Below the pieces are notes generated by a model. The model did no database searches. It was given only the letters and a program-made list of their open reading frames with translations, and was not told where the DNA came from. From Naegleria gruberi (taxonomy: Eukaryota), in assembly GCA_000004985.1 (NCBI GenBank), contig GG738917.1: 64,000 nucleotides of DNA. One strand, 5' to 3'. Every line of letters starts with the position of its first letter. Position 1 is the stretch's first letter. This document shows, piece after piece, positions 11,142-22,142 of the stretch. Both the position numbers and the translations under genes were made by a program.

Positions 11142-11215
11142 GCCGTCATAGCTCAGTTGGATAGAGCACAGGACTTCTAATCCTGGGGTCGTGGGTTCGA
11201 GCCCCATTGTCGGTA
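11142..11215 (+). tRNA. tRNA-Arg (anticodon TCT)
   Basis: Cloverleaf parsed by hand. D-arm is GCTCAGTTGGATAGAGC, anticodon arm is CAGGA-CTTCTAA-TCCTG (anticodon TCT), and the T-arm GTGGGTTCGAGCCCCAT contains the B box. The acceptor stem has one U-U mismatch. It closely resembles eukaryotic tRNA-Arg(UCU). Confidence 0.8.
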
Positions 11216-11410
11216 AATAATTTTTTGTTCAAGATCTACTATTGAAGTCTTTGGTTTCTCATAATTTATGTTTCAGACTATTAAGGCCAAAACAATCGTT
11301 AAAAAATATGCAATTCGGCCCTGCAGAGATTGTGAGGAGCCACTTGTCTCATGAGTGTTCGCTTCTATCACCACTAACAAGTTTATTCCTATTCAAATGT
11401 TCATCAATTG

Positions 11411-13600
11411 ATGGAAGCAATGCAATTTAGGTTTCCCAGACTTTCAAAGAGAGAAGACAAAGCCCCAATTATTCAATACAAATTGCTTCATAATGCTGGG
11501 AAATTATTTAATGAATCTCTTCCGTGTCTCTTTGTTGTGAATGGTGATGATTGTTTCGGGACAATGATTAAGCTGATGGAAAGTGAATGGAAATTCCACC
11601 ACATGCACTACATGTTCATTGGTTTGTTTGTAATGAATTCTAAATGTGTCTTGTTACGTAGGAGGTGTGTGGGTGTTTATGGCTTTGTTGATACTTTCCT
11701 CTCCAAAGAATTTGATTTAAATGTGCAGACGGAAGCAAATGAAATGTTTTCAGAGTTAATTAGTTCTTGTAATCAAAATAATGAGGTATTAACTACACTT
11801 GTGAATATGGGGAGGTTTGAATATTACAGTAGAGCGTTTAAGTGTTTGTTTAGAGAATGTTGTAAGGATGATTTTGTTCTGTTTGATTGTTTGGAAGATG
11901 GGCTTTTACAATTGGAAGAATTGAAAGAAATATTCGAAATTCACAAAAGCACTCCAAAGAATTGTATCAAGTTGATACTTGGAGGAAAGGATGGACCGTT
12001 CTTTGTTTTACCTCACCAAAGAGATCAAGAGTGGAATATTGAAATTCAATTCCAATATAGGAACCGAAACGAATCTAATATTCAAATTCACTATGTTATT
12101 GCAAAACCAAAGGCTTCTCACAAGAGAGCATGGGAAAACTTCTTTGATATCAAATCCTTGGAATTTGGCATACCCCTTTCGGATTTTCCCCACGATTATG
12201 TTGAAACATGCAACAGAGAAATTACAGAACTTATTCCTAAATTTAGTATTCGTACAATTCGTGATCCAAATTCTTTGGCCAAATTTAATACTTTTGAAGA
12301 AGCTGAAGAATATGTCAAACAACTATTCCCAAATACAATGGCAGAATTTATCCCAGATCCACCACTTGGAGCTGTAAGATTTATGGTTGTTGTAAAACAT
12401 GGTGGTCAATTAGAAATAGAAACATCACATCCTCTAAAAAGAATTTACGGAGGTGTGAGGTTAGTTGTGAATGGAAAGATGAGCATTTTGGGTGTTGTTT
12501 TAAAGCATGTTATTGAAGAGAAATGGTCAAATTTTCTAAATGACATTTATTGTAAAACAAATACTAAACTAAAAAGGGGAAAAGAAATGGTTCTAGAATT
12601 TCATTCAAAGAGGCGAGATTTATCTTTAGATGAATGCTTGGAAAATATATTCGAAAAGAAAATAACATATTCCAAAGAAAGTGTTTCATGTTATGGAACT
12701 CAACGATTGACCTTAACCTTTATTGGAGAATGGAATGAAAAGAAATCATTTTTCAAACTTTCAATGCAAGAATTTACCAATAAGGAAATTTTAACACATC
12801 TTGCTCAAAACAATTCAATGTTGAGACAAACTCATTCGAACATTTCACAAATTTATGTTTATCAATCAATTACTGATATGGAAAAAATTGAATCGTTCTT
12901 GGATGCTATTACCAAGTTGAGAAATGATATTAATGAGGCGCAAGTAAGTGTGTCGTTGAAAGTGAATTGCTTAGATGTGTCTGTTCAAGAATATTTATTT
13001 CCAATATCCGAACTTGTAAAGTTTAAATATGCAAATTCAAAATTACAACTTTGCAAGCTTGTAATTATTGAATCTATTTCAATATTGAAGCAATTAGATA
13101 GTTTGGACATCTTACATCAAGATATTTCATTAGATAATTTGATGATAAGAAAACGAAACAATTTATTCGAATTGATTTTGATAGATTTTGATTTTTCCAA
13201 AAAGTATTCGAAAGTAGAAAACGAAAATTCAATAAGAGAGCCTAATTGGACAGATTTTGGATCTGTAACAAAGCACCCTTATTGGTGTGAAAAAAAGAGA
13301 ACAAGTGTTGGTGATATTTATTCAATGTCTGTTGTCATCTTTGAGATTGTTTATTTTCTGTGTGTTGGACGAAATTTTTCAAAACAATTCTATAATTTAC
13401 CAGTAAGTAGTGGAAGATACAGAATTGAAATTGTGCAGTGTTTGCAAAATGATTGCGATGATTTACAACAAGTGCTAGGGAAGAAATTTGAATCTTTCCA
13501 AAAGTTAATGGAATACATGTTACATTACGAACAAAATCCTATACTTCCTTGCCTTATCAGTATGATATCCAATCTCATCAATGATGATAACAAGCAATAA
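11411..13600 (+). CDS. hypothetical protein with C-terminal protein-kinase-like domain (possibly an atypical kinase or pseudokinase)
   Basis: The C-terminal about 200 aa show kinase subdomain VIb-IX-like motifs (HQDISLDNLMI, IDFDFS, DIYSMSVVIFEIV). No canonical Gly-loop was seen. The track start is TTG; the first ATG is at 11411. Confidence 0.4.
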   Translation: MEAMQFRFPRLSKREDKAPIIQYKLLHNAGKLFNESLPCLFVVNGDDCFGTMIKLMESEWKFHHMHYMFIGLFVMNSKCVLLRRRCVGVYGFVDTFLSKEFDLNVQTEANEMFSELISSCNQNNEVLTTLVNMGRFEYYSRAFKCLFRECCKDDFVLFDCLEDGLLQLEELKEIFEIHKSTPKNCIKLILGGKDGPFFVLPHQRDQEWNIEIQFQYRNRNESNIQIHYVIAKPKASHKRAWENFFDIKSLEFGIPLSDFPHDYVETCNREITELIPKFSIRTIRDPNSLAKFNTFEEAEEYVKQLFPNTMAEFIPDPPLGAVRFMVVVKHGGQLEIETSHPLKRIYGGVRLVVNGKMSILGVVLKHVIEEKWSNFLNDIYCKTNTKLKRGKEMVLEFHSKRRDLSLDECLENIFEKKITYSKESVSCYGTQRLTLTFIGEWNEKKSFFKLSMQEFTNKEILTHLAQNNSMLRQTHSNISQIYVYQSITDMEKIESFLDAITKLRNDINEAQVSVSLKVNCLDVSVQEYLFPISELVKFKYANSKLQLCKLVIIESISILKQLDSLDILHQDISLDNLMIRKRNNLFELILIDFDFSKKYSKVENENSIREPNWTDFGSVTKHPYWCEKKRTSVGDIYSMSVVIFEIVYFLCVGRNFSKQFYNLPVSSGRYRIEIVQCLQNDCDDLQQVLGKKFESFQKLMEYMLHYEQNPILPCLISMISNLINDDNKQ

Positions 13601-13624
13601 ACCAATGTTAAAGTTCTTATTTAT

Positions 13625-14746
13625 TTACTTTTCAGAGATAGCAACATGAGAAATTTTGGATGCTTCCTCGAGAGCCTTTTGCTTATCTTCCTTGCTTATG
13701 GAAGTCAATTTAGAAAGTAATTGTTGAATTTCTTCATTGCTCAAATCTCTCAGAATTGTAAGAGAAGCTTTTTGTGATTCAAAATCTCTGGATGCACTCA
13801 TACTTCTATTGTAAGAAAGTGGGCCCAATAAGATAATTCTCTTTCCTTCAAATTTCATAATATCACATGGAACTCCTTCTCCCCATACCTTATGGTTGAG
13901 TGACTTTGAAAAACATTCAGAATCGGATGAGTTTAGCGGAATTCTATCAATACCAGTCCAATTGTAGCATTCATAAACCCATGACATTGAACCACCAACC
14001 ATTGAGCTACCTTCTCCCAATAAACAATCCACTTGTTTTTTAGGAGGTGCCTTGATTGCCAAGCTTGGATTATGTTGTTTGAGATAGTGAGCCATTAGTA
14101 CATGTAAACTCCAATTACTTGTAACTCCGTCAATTCTCATTTCAACACCCCAATTTTCCAAAGGATGAATAACAATAATATCCTCATTCTCTAAAATGTT
14201 TGTTGCAAAGAAGAGAAACTTATACTCCCATCTGTTGGCTGCAGTAAGTTCTTGGAATTCATTAAATTTTGGATGAGCACGCATGGCAGCTCTCACTTTT
14301 TCAGATCTACTCGAAGTAGCCACAAGAGACAATTCAATTCTTCTCAAGGCATCTTCATACTGCTTCAATATTTGAGGTGGAATTCTGTCTCCAAACTGAT
14401 CGACTAACAAGAAGGTGTTTGAAGCATAATTGATCAAAGCATTAACATAAACAGCAGCTTGTTCATCATTCAATTCCACATTATTTTCAAACATGACACC
14501 CATAAACAAGAAGAGGAAAGCAAGAGGACCATAACTAAATGGTATTACCTTCATCAATTCAATCAAAAAGTTTGCCAATACCTCGATTTGTTGATCAATA
14601 TTTTCCTCTTCACTCTCCAATAATTCTTGAATTGTTTCCGAAATTAAACCCAGATTCAATTGAATATTTGGCTGATCCTCCTTGCTTTGAACAGCAAGGC
14701 GAATATTGTTTAGCATATCATTGAAGGCTTCTTCAAATTCGAACAT
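13625..14746 (-). CDS. hypothetical protein
   Basis: 373-aa ORF with ATG verified and no recognisable domain. Confidence 0.3.
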   Translation of the reverse strand: MFEFEEAFNDMLNNIRLAVQSKEDQPNIQLNLGLISETIQELLESEEENIDQQIEVLANFLIELMKVIPFSYGPLAFLFLFMGVMFENNVELNDEQAAVYVNALINYASNTFLLVDQFGDRIPPQILKQYEDALRRIELSLVATSSRSEKVRAAMRAHPKFNEFQELTAANRWEYKFLFFATNILENEDIIVIHPLENWGVEMRIDGVTSNWSLHVLMAHYLKQHNPSLAIKAPPKKQVDCLLGEGSSMVGGSMSWVYECYNWTGIDRIPLNSSDSECFSKSLNHKVWGEGVPCDIMKFEGKRIILLGPLSYNRSMSASRDFESQKASLTILRDLSNEEIQQLLSKLTSISKEDKQKALEEASKISHVAISEK

Positions 14747-15114
14747 TTTTTAATTATTGTTAAAAATTAAATTAAATGTGATGTGGAATTTGATTGGATG
14801 AAAGGAAACCAATTACCAGAATATTTCGGAAATTGTAATTTAAGTTAGATCTACTGGAAAGAGGTTTGAATTTGTTTATTAAATTCTTAGATATTTGATA
14901 TTAAATTACTTGTTGGTGAAGGTCTTAGTTCTAATGTGTGATGAATTGAAAAACCGTTGAATAATTTTCGCGCCAAATTTTGTTGTGATTTAAATTTAAA
15001 AAAAATAGGTGAAAAGCAAACAACGTCAAAACGCTTCTCCCGATACGATCATCATCAGTTAATTTATTATTTGACAAACATCATATCAACAACAACAACA
15101 ACAAACACATCAGG

Positions 15115-18100
15115 ATGGACTTTGACGACGAATTAGAGTATCAATTTGCTGATACTACTACTGAAGCGAACGATGACGAAGAAGAAGAGAAGGATTTTGA
15201 AAATCTTCAGGATGACTTTAGAGAAGGAGCTAGTGAAGAGCAAATTAGTGAAGAGGAATTACACTTTCAACAAAATATCAAACCACACATTTTAGATACA
15301 ATACGGTTATTGACCAGTTTTATTATTTTCAAAGATGATGAGGAATTATCTTTCGAAGAGAATACTGAAGTCTATGCTGCTAAAAGGAAGGCTTGTATCG
15401 AATCGTTGCAAGACTTACAAGAAATTACAAAGGAGGATTTGACTAAAAGAGAGAGAAGAGTTTGGACACTTTTAATAGAGACAAATATTCACAAGAATGA
15501 ACTCTTTTCACTGCTGTCACACCACAGAAATGACTATGACATTGTGAGAGAGGTAATTGATTTGTTAGTAATTTTGAGTGAGTCTCCAGATCAAAACAAT
15601 CCGAGATTTAGAAAGTTCTCTGCTAGAGGAGGTGCTTCCGAAAGAAAGAGAGCTATTTTCTACTTTGGAAAACAAATGAAAATATTGCAAAGATTCAAAC
15701 AAGCTTTACTGTCGACTAAATACCTTCCAATCATTAGTTGGACATTAATGAATAAGGAAAATGAATCTGCACTCAAATCAAAAATGATAATAGATGAGGA
15801 AAATAAGAGGAGAGTACTTACAGAAGCTGACCTCTACTTTATTGCTATTTTCAAATTGTTAAATAACTTATTATCTATACCAGATGCCAAACATGGCAAA
15901 GTTTTACAAACTGAAGAACTCCAAACAAGAATGCAAGATGTTTTGGTCAAACAATTGCAAAATGACTGTCAATTTTTAGATTACGCTCTCGTTAAAATGA
16001 CCAAATTTATTGAGAACTATAACGAAGTATCGTCGCAATCTGAAATGAAGAGACTCTCAGAATCTTATTTACTTTTTACAAAGTTTGCTACCATGCTTTT
16101 TTGGAATGAATCTGTGAAGGATTTATTTGAAGCATCAAATCCAATAATTCCAAACAGTAATGATATAGTCATGTCACAGAATGAGGAAAATATGGAAATG
16201 GATAACAGTGAGCTGAAAAGATTGCTAAGAAAGGAGAAAATGTACAAGGATCAAGTTAAGTCTTTGATTCTCACAGGCAGACACTCTCGCTTCCAAGGCA
16301 GTCTTTTAGAAAGAGAATCAAATGTCAGTAAGGTTATTAGTAAGAACAAGGATGCTCAAAAGCTCAGTGCACTATTAGAAGAAAATGAAGAATATGATGC
16401 AGAAAAAGAAAATAAGAAGAATGATGTAAAGATACAAAAAACCTTTGTTGTGCAAAATGTAACTCACATGAATACGGCACACATGTATGCAGCTAGTGAC
16501 AATCCATTCCTTGTTGGAGGCGGACAACAAAAAGCCTCGAGTACTGGTGCTAGATTTGGTACCAAGAGATTTAATGTCATGTCAGACAAGATGGAATTGA
16601 GATTTTCTCCATCCTCTCTCGAAACTAGAAAGATCATTAAGAACTTTGCAGATGATTTGTATAGAGGCTGTTTCAATAGTAAGTTTTCTTTAAATATTTA
16701 AAGGTCTTATCCAATAATAATAATATAGCATTGATTCAACTTACTTTGCAAACTATCATCAAACAACAGGAGGATTCCATTGCCATCAACAATGAACTGG
16801 ATCAAAAATCTACTAAGGAAGCACTTGATCATGAAAGCGAAAGAAACTTTTTATTCTTAGGTCAATTCATGCTAGGTTATAACAGATACAAGTACCTGCA
16901 AAAGAAGAAGAGAGAAGAGCAAAGATCAAGTGGAGAAACTGTTGGTTTCGATATTGCTCTTATTTCTACCTTGTTGAAAGAAGGTGTTGTTTCTATGATA
17001 TTCAAGAAGTTGTTGAGTGATTACTTTTACACACAAAATACTTTTAATCTTACATTTGTAATTGGTTTCTTGAGGGAATTGTTTACAACTTTTAGATGGA
17101 TGGGTGATAAGAACTACAGTGGATCTGATGCATCAACATGGGGTAGAATTGTTTCTATTCACTTGCATCACATTCTCTATGACCCAACAAATATGGAGAG
17201 TCTTGTAAGATTAGTGAGAGAGTACAAACCATATCAAAATTCTATCAAGTACCTTTCTCATTTAGTTTTGTTGGTTGACTTGTTTATTACAGTCATTAAT
17301 GAAAATATAAGCATTGAAGCATTCTTTATGAAGTCTAAGAAAGGAGAATCCTCAACCACAGAAGATGAAGAAGAAGAGGAAGAGAACGATTCTGCCAAGC
17401 AAAAGAGATTCGAATTGGATGGTTTTAGAAGAAGATTTGCCAATCCTTCTGTTCTCAAACAGTACATGTATCTTTTCAGGTTTTATGATGTCAATCCTCC
17501 AGAAGTCAACCAATCCATTATCCAAATATTCAAGTACATTATTGAAGAATTGGATATGGAATTCATGATGTTCAGAGCATCATTCTTGAAGCTTTGTTTC
17601 AATATTCTTTCCAACAAGACGTTTATCCATGATTCATTGGGCTCATTTGAAAGAAAGGTCAATGAAGAGGTGATTGACTTTGTTCTATCAATAGTAAAGA
17701 ACTTCTTCAAGAGAGTCGATGAAGATCCATTCACTGTATGTGAAACTTTGCACTGGAGTACAATGGGCGAAGTCAGCTTGCTCAACCACGCTGATTTTGG
17801 TAGATCAGCAACTGAAGGAAGAGCATCAAGACCTGCAGAAGCTGATGATCTTGATGATTTCATCCAAGGTGAGGAAGAAGAGGAAGATGCCTTAGAAGCA
17901 ATTAGAAGAGATGAGGCCAGAGGAGTTGATGAAGAAGAAGAGCTTCCACAAGAAGAAAAGAAGAAGAAGGACAAGAAGAAGAATAAGAAAAAGAAAGACA
18001 AGAAGAAAGATGAAACAGAAGAAAACCAAGCTGAAGAAGGAACAGAAGAAAACCAAGAAGTTAAAAAGAAGAAGAAAGATAAGAAGAAGGATAAGAAGAA

Positions 18101-18407
18101 AAAGGATAAAAAGAAATCCAAAAAGAGAAAGGAAAGAGACGAAGAAGAAACTGAGGAAACTGAAGATACTGAGAGAAGTGAAAAGAAGAAGAAAAAGAAG
18201 AAAAAGAAGGAAAAACAACAACAGGAAGAATCTCTTCAAGAGGAAGAGGAACCACAAGTTGAAGAAGAAATGGCTGATGAAGAGGATCGTCTCTTACTTT
18301 CCAGTGATGATAGTGATGATGAAAAGAGTAGAGGAAGACTGAAGAAAGTTACACAAAAAAGAGTCTTACCAAATTCATTCTTAAATCTCGATTTTGAGGA
18401 TGAATAA
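15115..18407 (+). CDS. Timeless/Tof1/Swi1-family replication-fork-protection protein, 2 exons (15115..16678, 16729..18407), with a long Lys/Glu-rich C-terminal tail
   Basis: Two ORFs joined by a 50-nt intron (GTAAGT ... TATAG) in phase 1. Blocks resemble TIMELESS, for example LTGRHSRFQGSLL versus human RGNRHSRFGGSYI. The gene has an acidic N-terminus and an acidic/basic C-terminal tail ending DDSDDE. Confidence 0.5.
17905..18300 (+). repeat. coding low-complexity (AAG/GAA)n tract encoding a poly-Lys/Glu tail
   Basis: Purine-rich trinucleotide repeats inside the Timeless-like CDS. They generate spurious overlapping ORFs on both strands. Confidence 0.7.
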
Positions 18408-18426
18408 ATTACAAAATTTGTAAAAT

Positions 18427-20103
18427 TTATGGAGAGCTTTGAATACGATTGACAATGGCTGAAACAAGGGCAGAATTATGAACCTCTGCGCCAATACCCA
18501 ATGACTCTCTATCCTTCAAAATGCAACCACTCTTCTTAATACACAAACCAATAGCTGTTTCCAAGATGGTTCCAGTAGATCTCAAAGAATAGCATGGAGC
18601 AACCTTTTGACAACCATAGTAAAAGTATCTGGTAGCACAAGCAGAGAATATTGCGTTACCTCTAATATCTTGTAAACAATCCAATTGACAGGCAACACAT
18701 GGAGTGTTATCAACACCAGCAAAGGAAGCTCTGTCAGGCATTGGATAATCTGATGGACCAGTAACGTGGAATGAGCTAGGAGCAGAAGAAACCAAACCCT
18801 TTGCAGTGGAAGATAAAGAATTCTTAACTTCGTTGGTAGTTTTCTTTTCTCCTTCACTGGCCTTTTCTTTCAATTCCTTTTTAACTTCTGCAATCTTGGC
18901 AAGTGTGAATTCAGCTTTCAAACCATACTTTTTGTTCTTTAAAGTATTGAAAGCTTTCTTATTGAGAGATTTCAATCCTCTTCCCTTACCACCTTTCTTT
19001 CCTCTTCTGCCACCTCTTCTTCCACCTCTTTTACCACCTTTACCTCTTCTTCCACCCTTTCCTTTACCTCTTTTACCACCTTTTCCACCTCTTCTTCCAC
19101 CTTTGCCTCCTTTCTTTCCACCTTTACCTTTTCCACCTTTTCCTTTACCTCCTTTACCTTTTCCACCTTTTCCACCTTTTCCACCTTTTCCTTTACCTCC
19201 TTTTCCTTTTCCACCTTTACCTCCTTTTCCACCTTTGCCTCCCTTTCTTCCAGAATTTCCACCTTTCTTTCCACCATTTGATTTTCCTCCTCTTTTACCT
19301 CCTTTGGCTCCAACAGAATTTCCACCACCTCTTTTACCACCTTTTCCTCCTCTACCTTGTTGTTTTGATGTGGAACGAGCTGTACGACCACCACTGAGAG
19401 CTCCTCTCTTTCCAGATGGTTTACCACCAGTAGCACCAGCACCAGCACGTGAAGCAGATTTTCCACCTCTTTTACCACCAACACCACGTGAAGCAGATTT
19501 TCCAACAGATCCAGAAGTAGCACCAGTACCAGTACCAGCACCACCACGTGAAGCTCCTTTTCCACCTCCTCTTTTACCACCTCCTCCAGAAGAAGTAGCA
19601 CCACCACGAGATACTGAACCACTTCCTCTTCCAACAGAACTTCTTCCACTACTACCACCACTACTAGCACCTCCTCTTGAACCAGCTGATGATGATGAAG
19701 ATGATCTTCCACCACCACTACTACTAGCTCCTCCACCTCTAGAACCTCCTCCAGAAGATGATCCACCACCTCCTCTGGAACCTCCTCCAGAAGATGCTCC
19801 ACCACCTCGTGATCCACCTCCACCACCAGAAGATGATCCACCACCACCTCTTGAACCTCCACCGCCTCCACCACGTCCTAAAGTGTTGATGTTATCCTCA
19901 ATTAATTCTACATCTTCATCTTCATCAGAAGACAATGTAGCAGCAGCTACTACAACGGTACGTTTTTTTCCTGATGAACTGGTCTTGGCAGGTCCACGAC
20001 ATTGACTTGCTGTGGCATTGACACTTTCACATAGTAAAAAACATTGTATGCTGATAATTGCCAGAATAGCGAAAAGTAAAAGACGAATATTCCACTGTGG
20101 CAT
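18427..20103 (-). CDS. secreted basic Gly/Arg/Lys-repeat protein with conserved C-terminal 8-Cys domain (paralog A)
   Basis: ATG verified. A signal peptide is followed by the motif ATASQCRGP, an acidic stretch, (G3-4[RS])n repeats and GKGGKGGKG-type repeats. A C-terminal domain of about 115 aa has the pattern C-x2-C-x3-C...C...YFYYGCQKVAPCY...C...GC and is shared with the genes at 22143 and 30906. Confidence 0.6.
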   Translation of the reverse strand: MPQWNIRLLLFAILAIISIQCFLLCESVNATASQCRGPAKTSSSGKKRTVVVAAATLSSDEDEDVELIEDNINTLGRGGGGGGSRGGGGSSSGGGGGSRGGGASSGGGSRGGGGSSSGGGSRGGGASSSGGGRSSSSSSAGSRGGASSGGSSGRSSVGRGSGSVSRGGATSSGGGGKRGGGKGASRGGAGTGTGATSGSVGKSASRGVGGKRGGKSASRAGAGATGGKPSGKRGALSGGRTARSTSKQQGRGGKGGKRGGGNSVGAKGGKRGGKSNGGKKGGNSGRKGGKGGKGGKGGKGKGGKGKGGKGGKGGKGKGGKGKGGKGKGGKKGGKGGRRGGKGGKRGKGKGGRRGKGGKRGGRRGGRRGKKGGKGRGLKSLNKKAFNTLKNKKYGLKAEFTLAKIAEVKKELKEKASEGEKKTTNEVKNSLSSTAKGLVSSAPSSFHVTGPSDYPMPDRASFAGVDNTPCVACQLDCLQDIRGNAIFSACATRYFYYGCQKVAPCYSLRSTGTILETAIGLCIKKSGCILKDRESLGIGAEVHNSALVSAIVNRIQSSP

Positions 20104-20459
20104 TTTGTTTTTAATGACTTTTTTGCGTTGCGAGAAGTGAAAGTGTCACTACTCAACATTTGATGTGATTTGAAGCTATTTGTGGCGAACTGGAAAGTTT
20201 CTGGACACATTTCGGGTTGAGTTTATTGGATTGGGAAAGAAGAGGACAATTAAACCAATGTATTTAGTTCAAATATTGTAAAGTTTCGTAATCAATAGTA
20301 AGTAGTATTGAAGTGAAACATTCGAATATTTTGGATTAACTCTCATTGTAAATAGAAACATTGTTTAATATTTCTCATATCGGTATATACTTTTATAAAA
20401 TATTACTCCAATTATGAGATTTGATTTTATTCGAAACATTTCTAATAACTCACAAATAT

Positions 20460-21557
20460 TTAAATTCTTCTTTCAATGGCTGAGGTAATATATTGCATTG
20501 CATTTGAAATTGTTCTATTCACTTGTTCTTCATTTCCAATCGATGGATTCACCTCTACCAAATCCATTCCAACAAATTTCGAATATTTTTGACATTTTCT
20601 ACAAATCTTTAATCCATCCTGATGTGAAATTCCATTCTCCACAGCTGTTCCTGTACTTGGTGTAAATTCTGGATCAATACCATCCACGTCAAAACTCAAA
20701 AATAATGGAAATTCTGATTGATTTAAATTCAAGTGTGAAAAACATTCTTCCAAACAATATTCGATTTCTAATTGATGAATTTCACTTGCAGTAAAGTGTT
20801 GAATTTTGAACTTTTTCAAGATTTCTTGTTCGAAAGAATCGACATCTCGAAGACCCAAGTAAGCCAACCGAGAAGAAACTAGGAGATTGATTTCTTCATT
20901 CATCCATTCGAAACCAATGTGTGAATTTCTTTCCTCTCCCAAAATTGATTGACCACAGAGGAAAGCAAGTGGCATACCATGCATATTCTTACTCATTGAA
21001 TCTGATTGGTGTCAAATAGTTTATCGACAAGTGACAGAGTTGAGAGTTTAAATAAAAACAAGAAACAAACCTTTTGGAGTGTTAATGTCTGCATGAGCAT
21101 CCACCCACAGTACTCTTAAATCTGGATATTCCATTAACATGGCATAAATTGAGCCAATTGCCACAGAATGATCTCCACCAATGTTTACTATAAATGGTTT
21201 CTTATTGGATTGAACTTGGAAAATAGTGTTGATTGTTTCGGCAATTTGTTGATTGAAGGAGCCAACTCTTCTCTGATTGAGACAAATCTCCATATCATCA
21301 GCCTCTTTGTCTACCAATGTTGAAGGACTTTTCGAATAATCTGGACTATTACTATTCGAATCTCTCTTTTCATTAATTTTAATAACTGGCAAGTGATTTA
21401 ACAATTGTGTTTGTAGTAAATGATAAGCTCCCAACTCAACACCCTCTCTTCTCTGACCCAAGCCACACCAACTTTCCAGAATTACAACATTCTCATTGTT
21501 TTCCTCTTGTTGATTTCTCATCATGTTATCAATGATATTCATTAGCTGTGGATGCAT
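20460..21557 (-). CDS. arginase (ureohydrolase family), 2 exons (21071..21557, 20460..21001)
   Basis: Arginase signature blocks are present: GGDHSVAIGS, WVDAHADINTP, the (SM)HGMPLAFL motif and SFDVDGIDP. A 69-nt intron (GTTTGT ... ATCAG) splits the DAHADINTP|K..HGMP region in phase 1. The splice restores the canonical motif spacing. Confidence 0.7.
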
Positions 21558-22142
21558 CTATGATAACTTGTGTATTAATAAGTTTGTTTTTTTTATGTGG
21601 TGAAGAATACGTTAGAACATCCAGTTCTAAACTCTCACTTTAAAAACACATGTTTGGTTGTGTGAATTGCCAATTTAGATGCAACTTATCTTCTATCGAT
21701 TGGAAACATACCTTAACAAGGATCGCCGTTCACATGTTACTGAAATGTGCGTTCAGTTAACATTGTTTTTAACTCAACAACTTGTCAATGTTCTTGTAGT
21801 ATACTCTCAAATTCATTTAAGAAACCTTAGCCGTGTGGGTGGTACTTTACTGATCCATTGCAGATAAGAGTTGAGCTGTAGTAAGTTACGACATTATTTT
21901 CAGTGAATAGGAAAACTTCCACAACAACATCATAAAGAGATGGTAAGAAAAGAAGTGAATTCATTCTAAGGGAAATTACCAATATTTACCATCCAAATAA
22001 ATCATATCCCTCAATAGTCAAACGAAATAAGCCTCATCCAAGTATGAAACTAGATAATAATGAAGAAACTGTTGCAAAAGAAAATATAATATTCATTCAA
22101 ATTCATCTAAAATTATTGCCTATTAAAATAAACATATCAACA

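Noticed and set aside
10887-11207. ORF 10887..11207 on minus strand (MGLEPTTPGLEV...)
   Set aside because: It is the reverse-strand translation across tRNA-Arg(TCT), and the tRNA cloverleaf is the real feature. ORF 48859..49053 across tRNA-Leu is rejected for the same reason.
17258-18342. Five ORFs on both strands within the Lys/Glu repeat of the Timeless-like gene
   Set aside because: They are purine-repeat shadows with poly-F/L/S or poly-K/R translations. The plus-strand frame contiguous with the Timeless-like N-terminal region is the gene.
18582-20210. Overlapping ORFs (18806..20005 +, 18972..19874 -, 18582..18857 -, 19950..20210 -) encoding Pro/Leu-rich or Glu/Val-rich polypeptides
   Set aside because: They are frame-shifted or antisense shadows of the GGN/AAR repeat coding sequence of Gly-rich paralog A. 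The open frames arise from the repeat composition. The minus-strand gene has the signal peptide and conserved domains.
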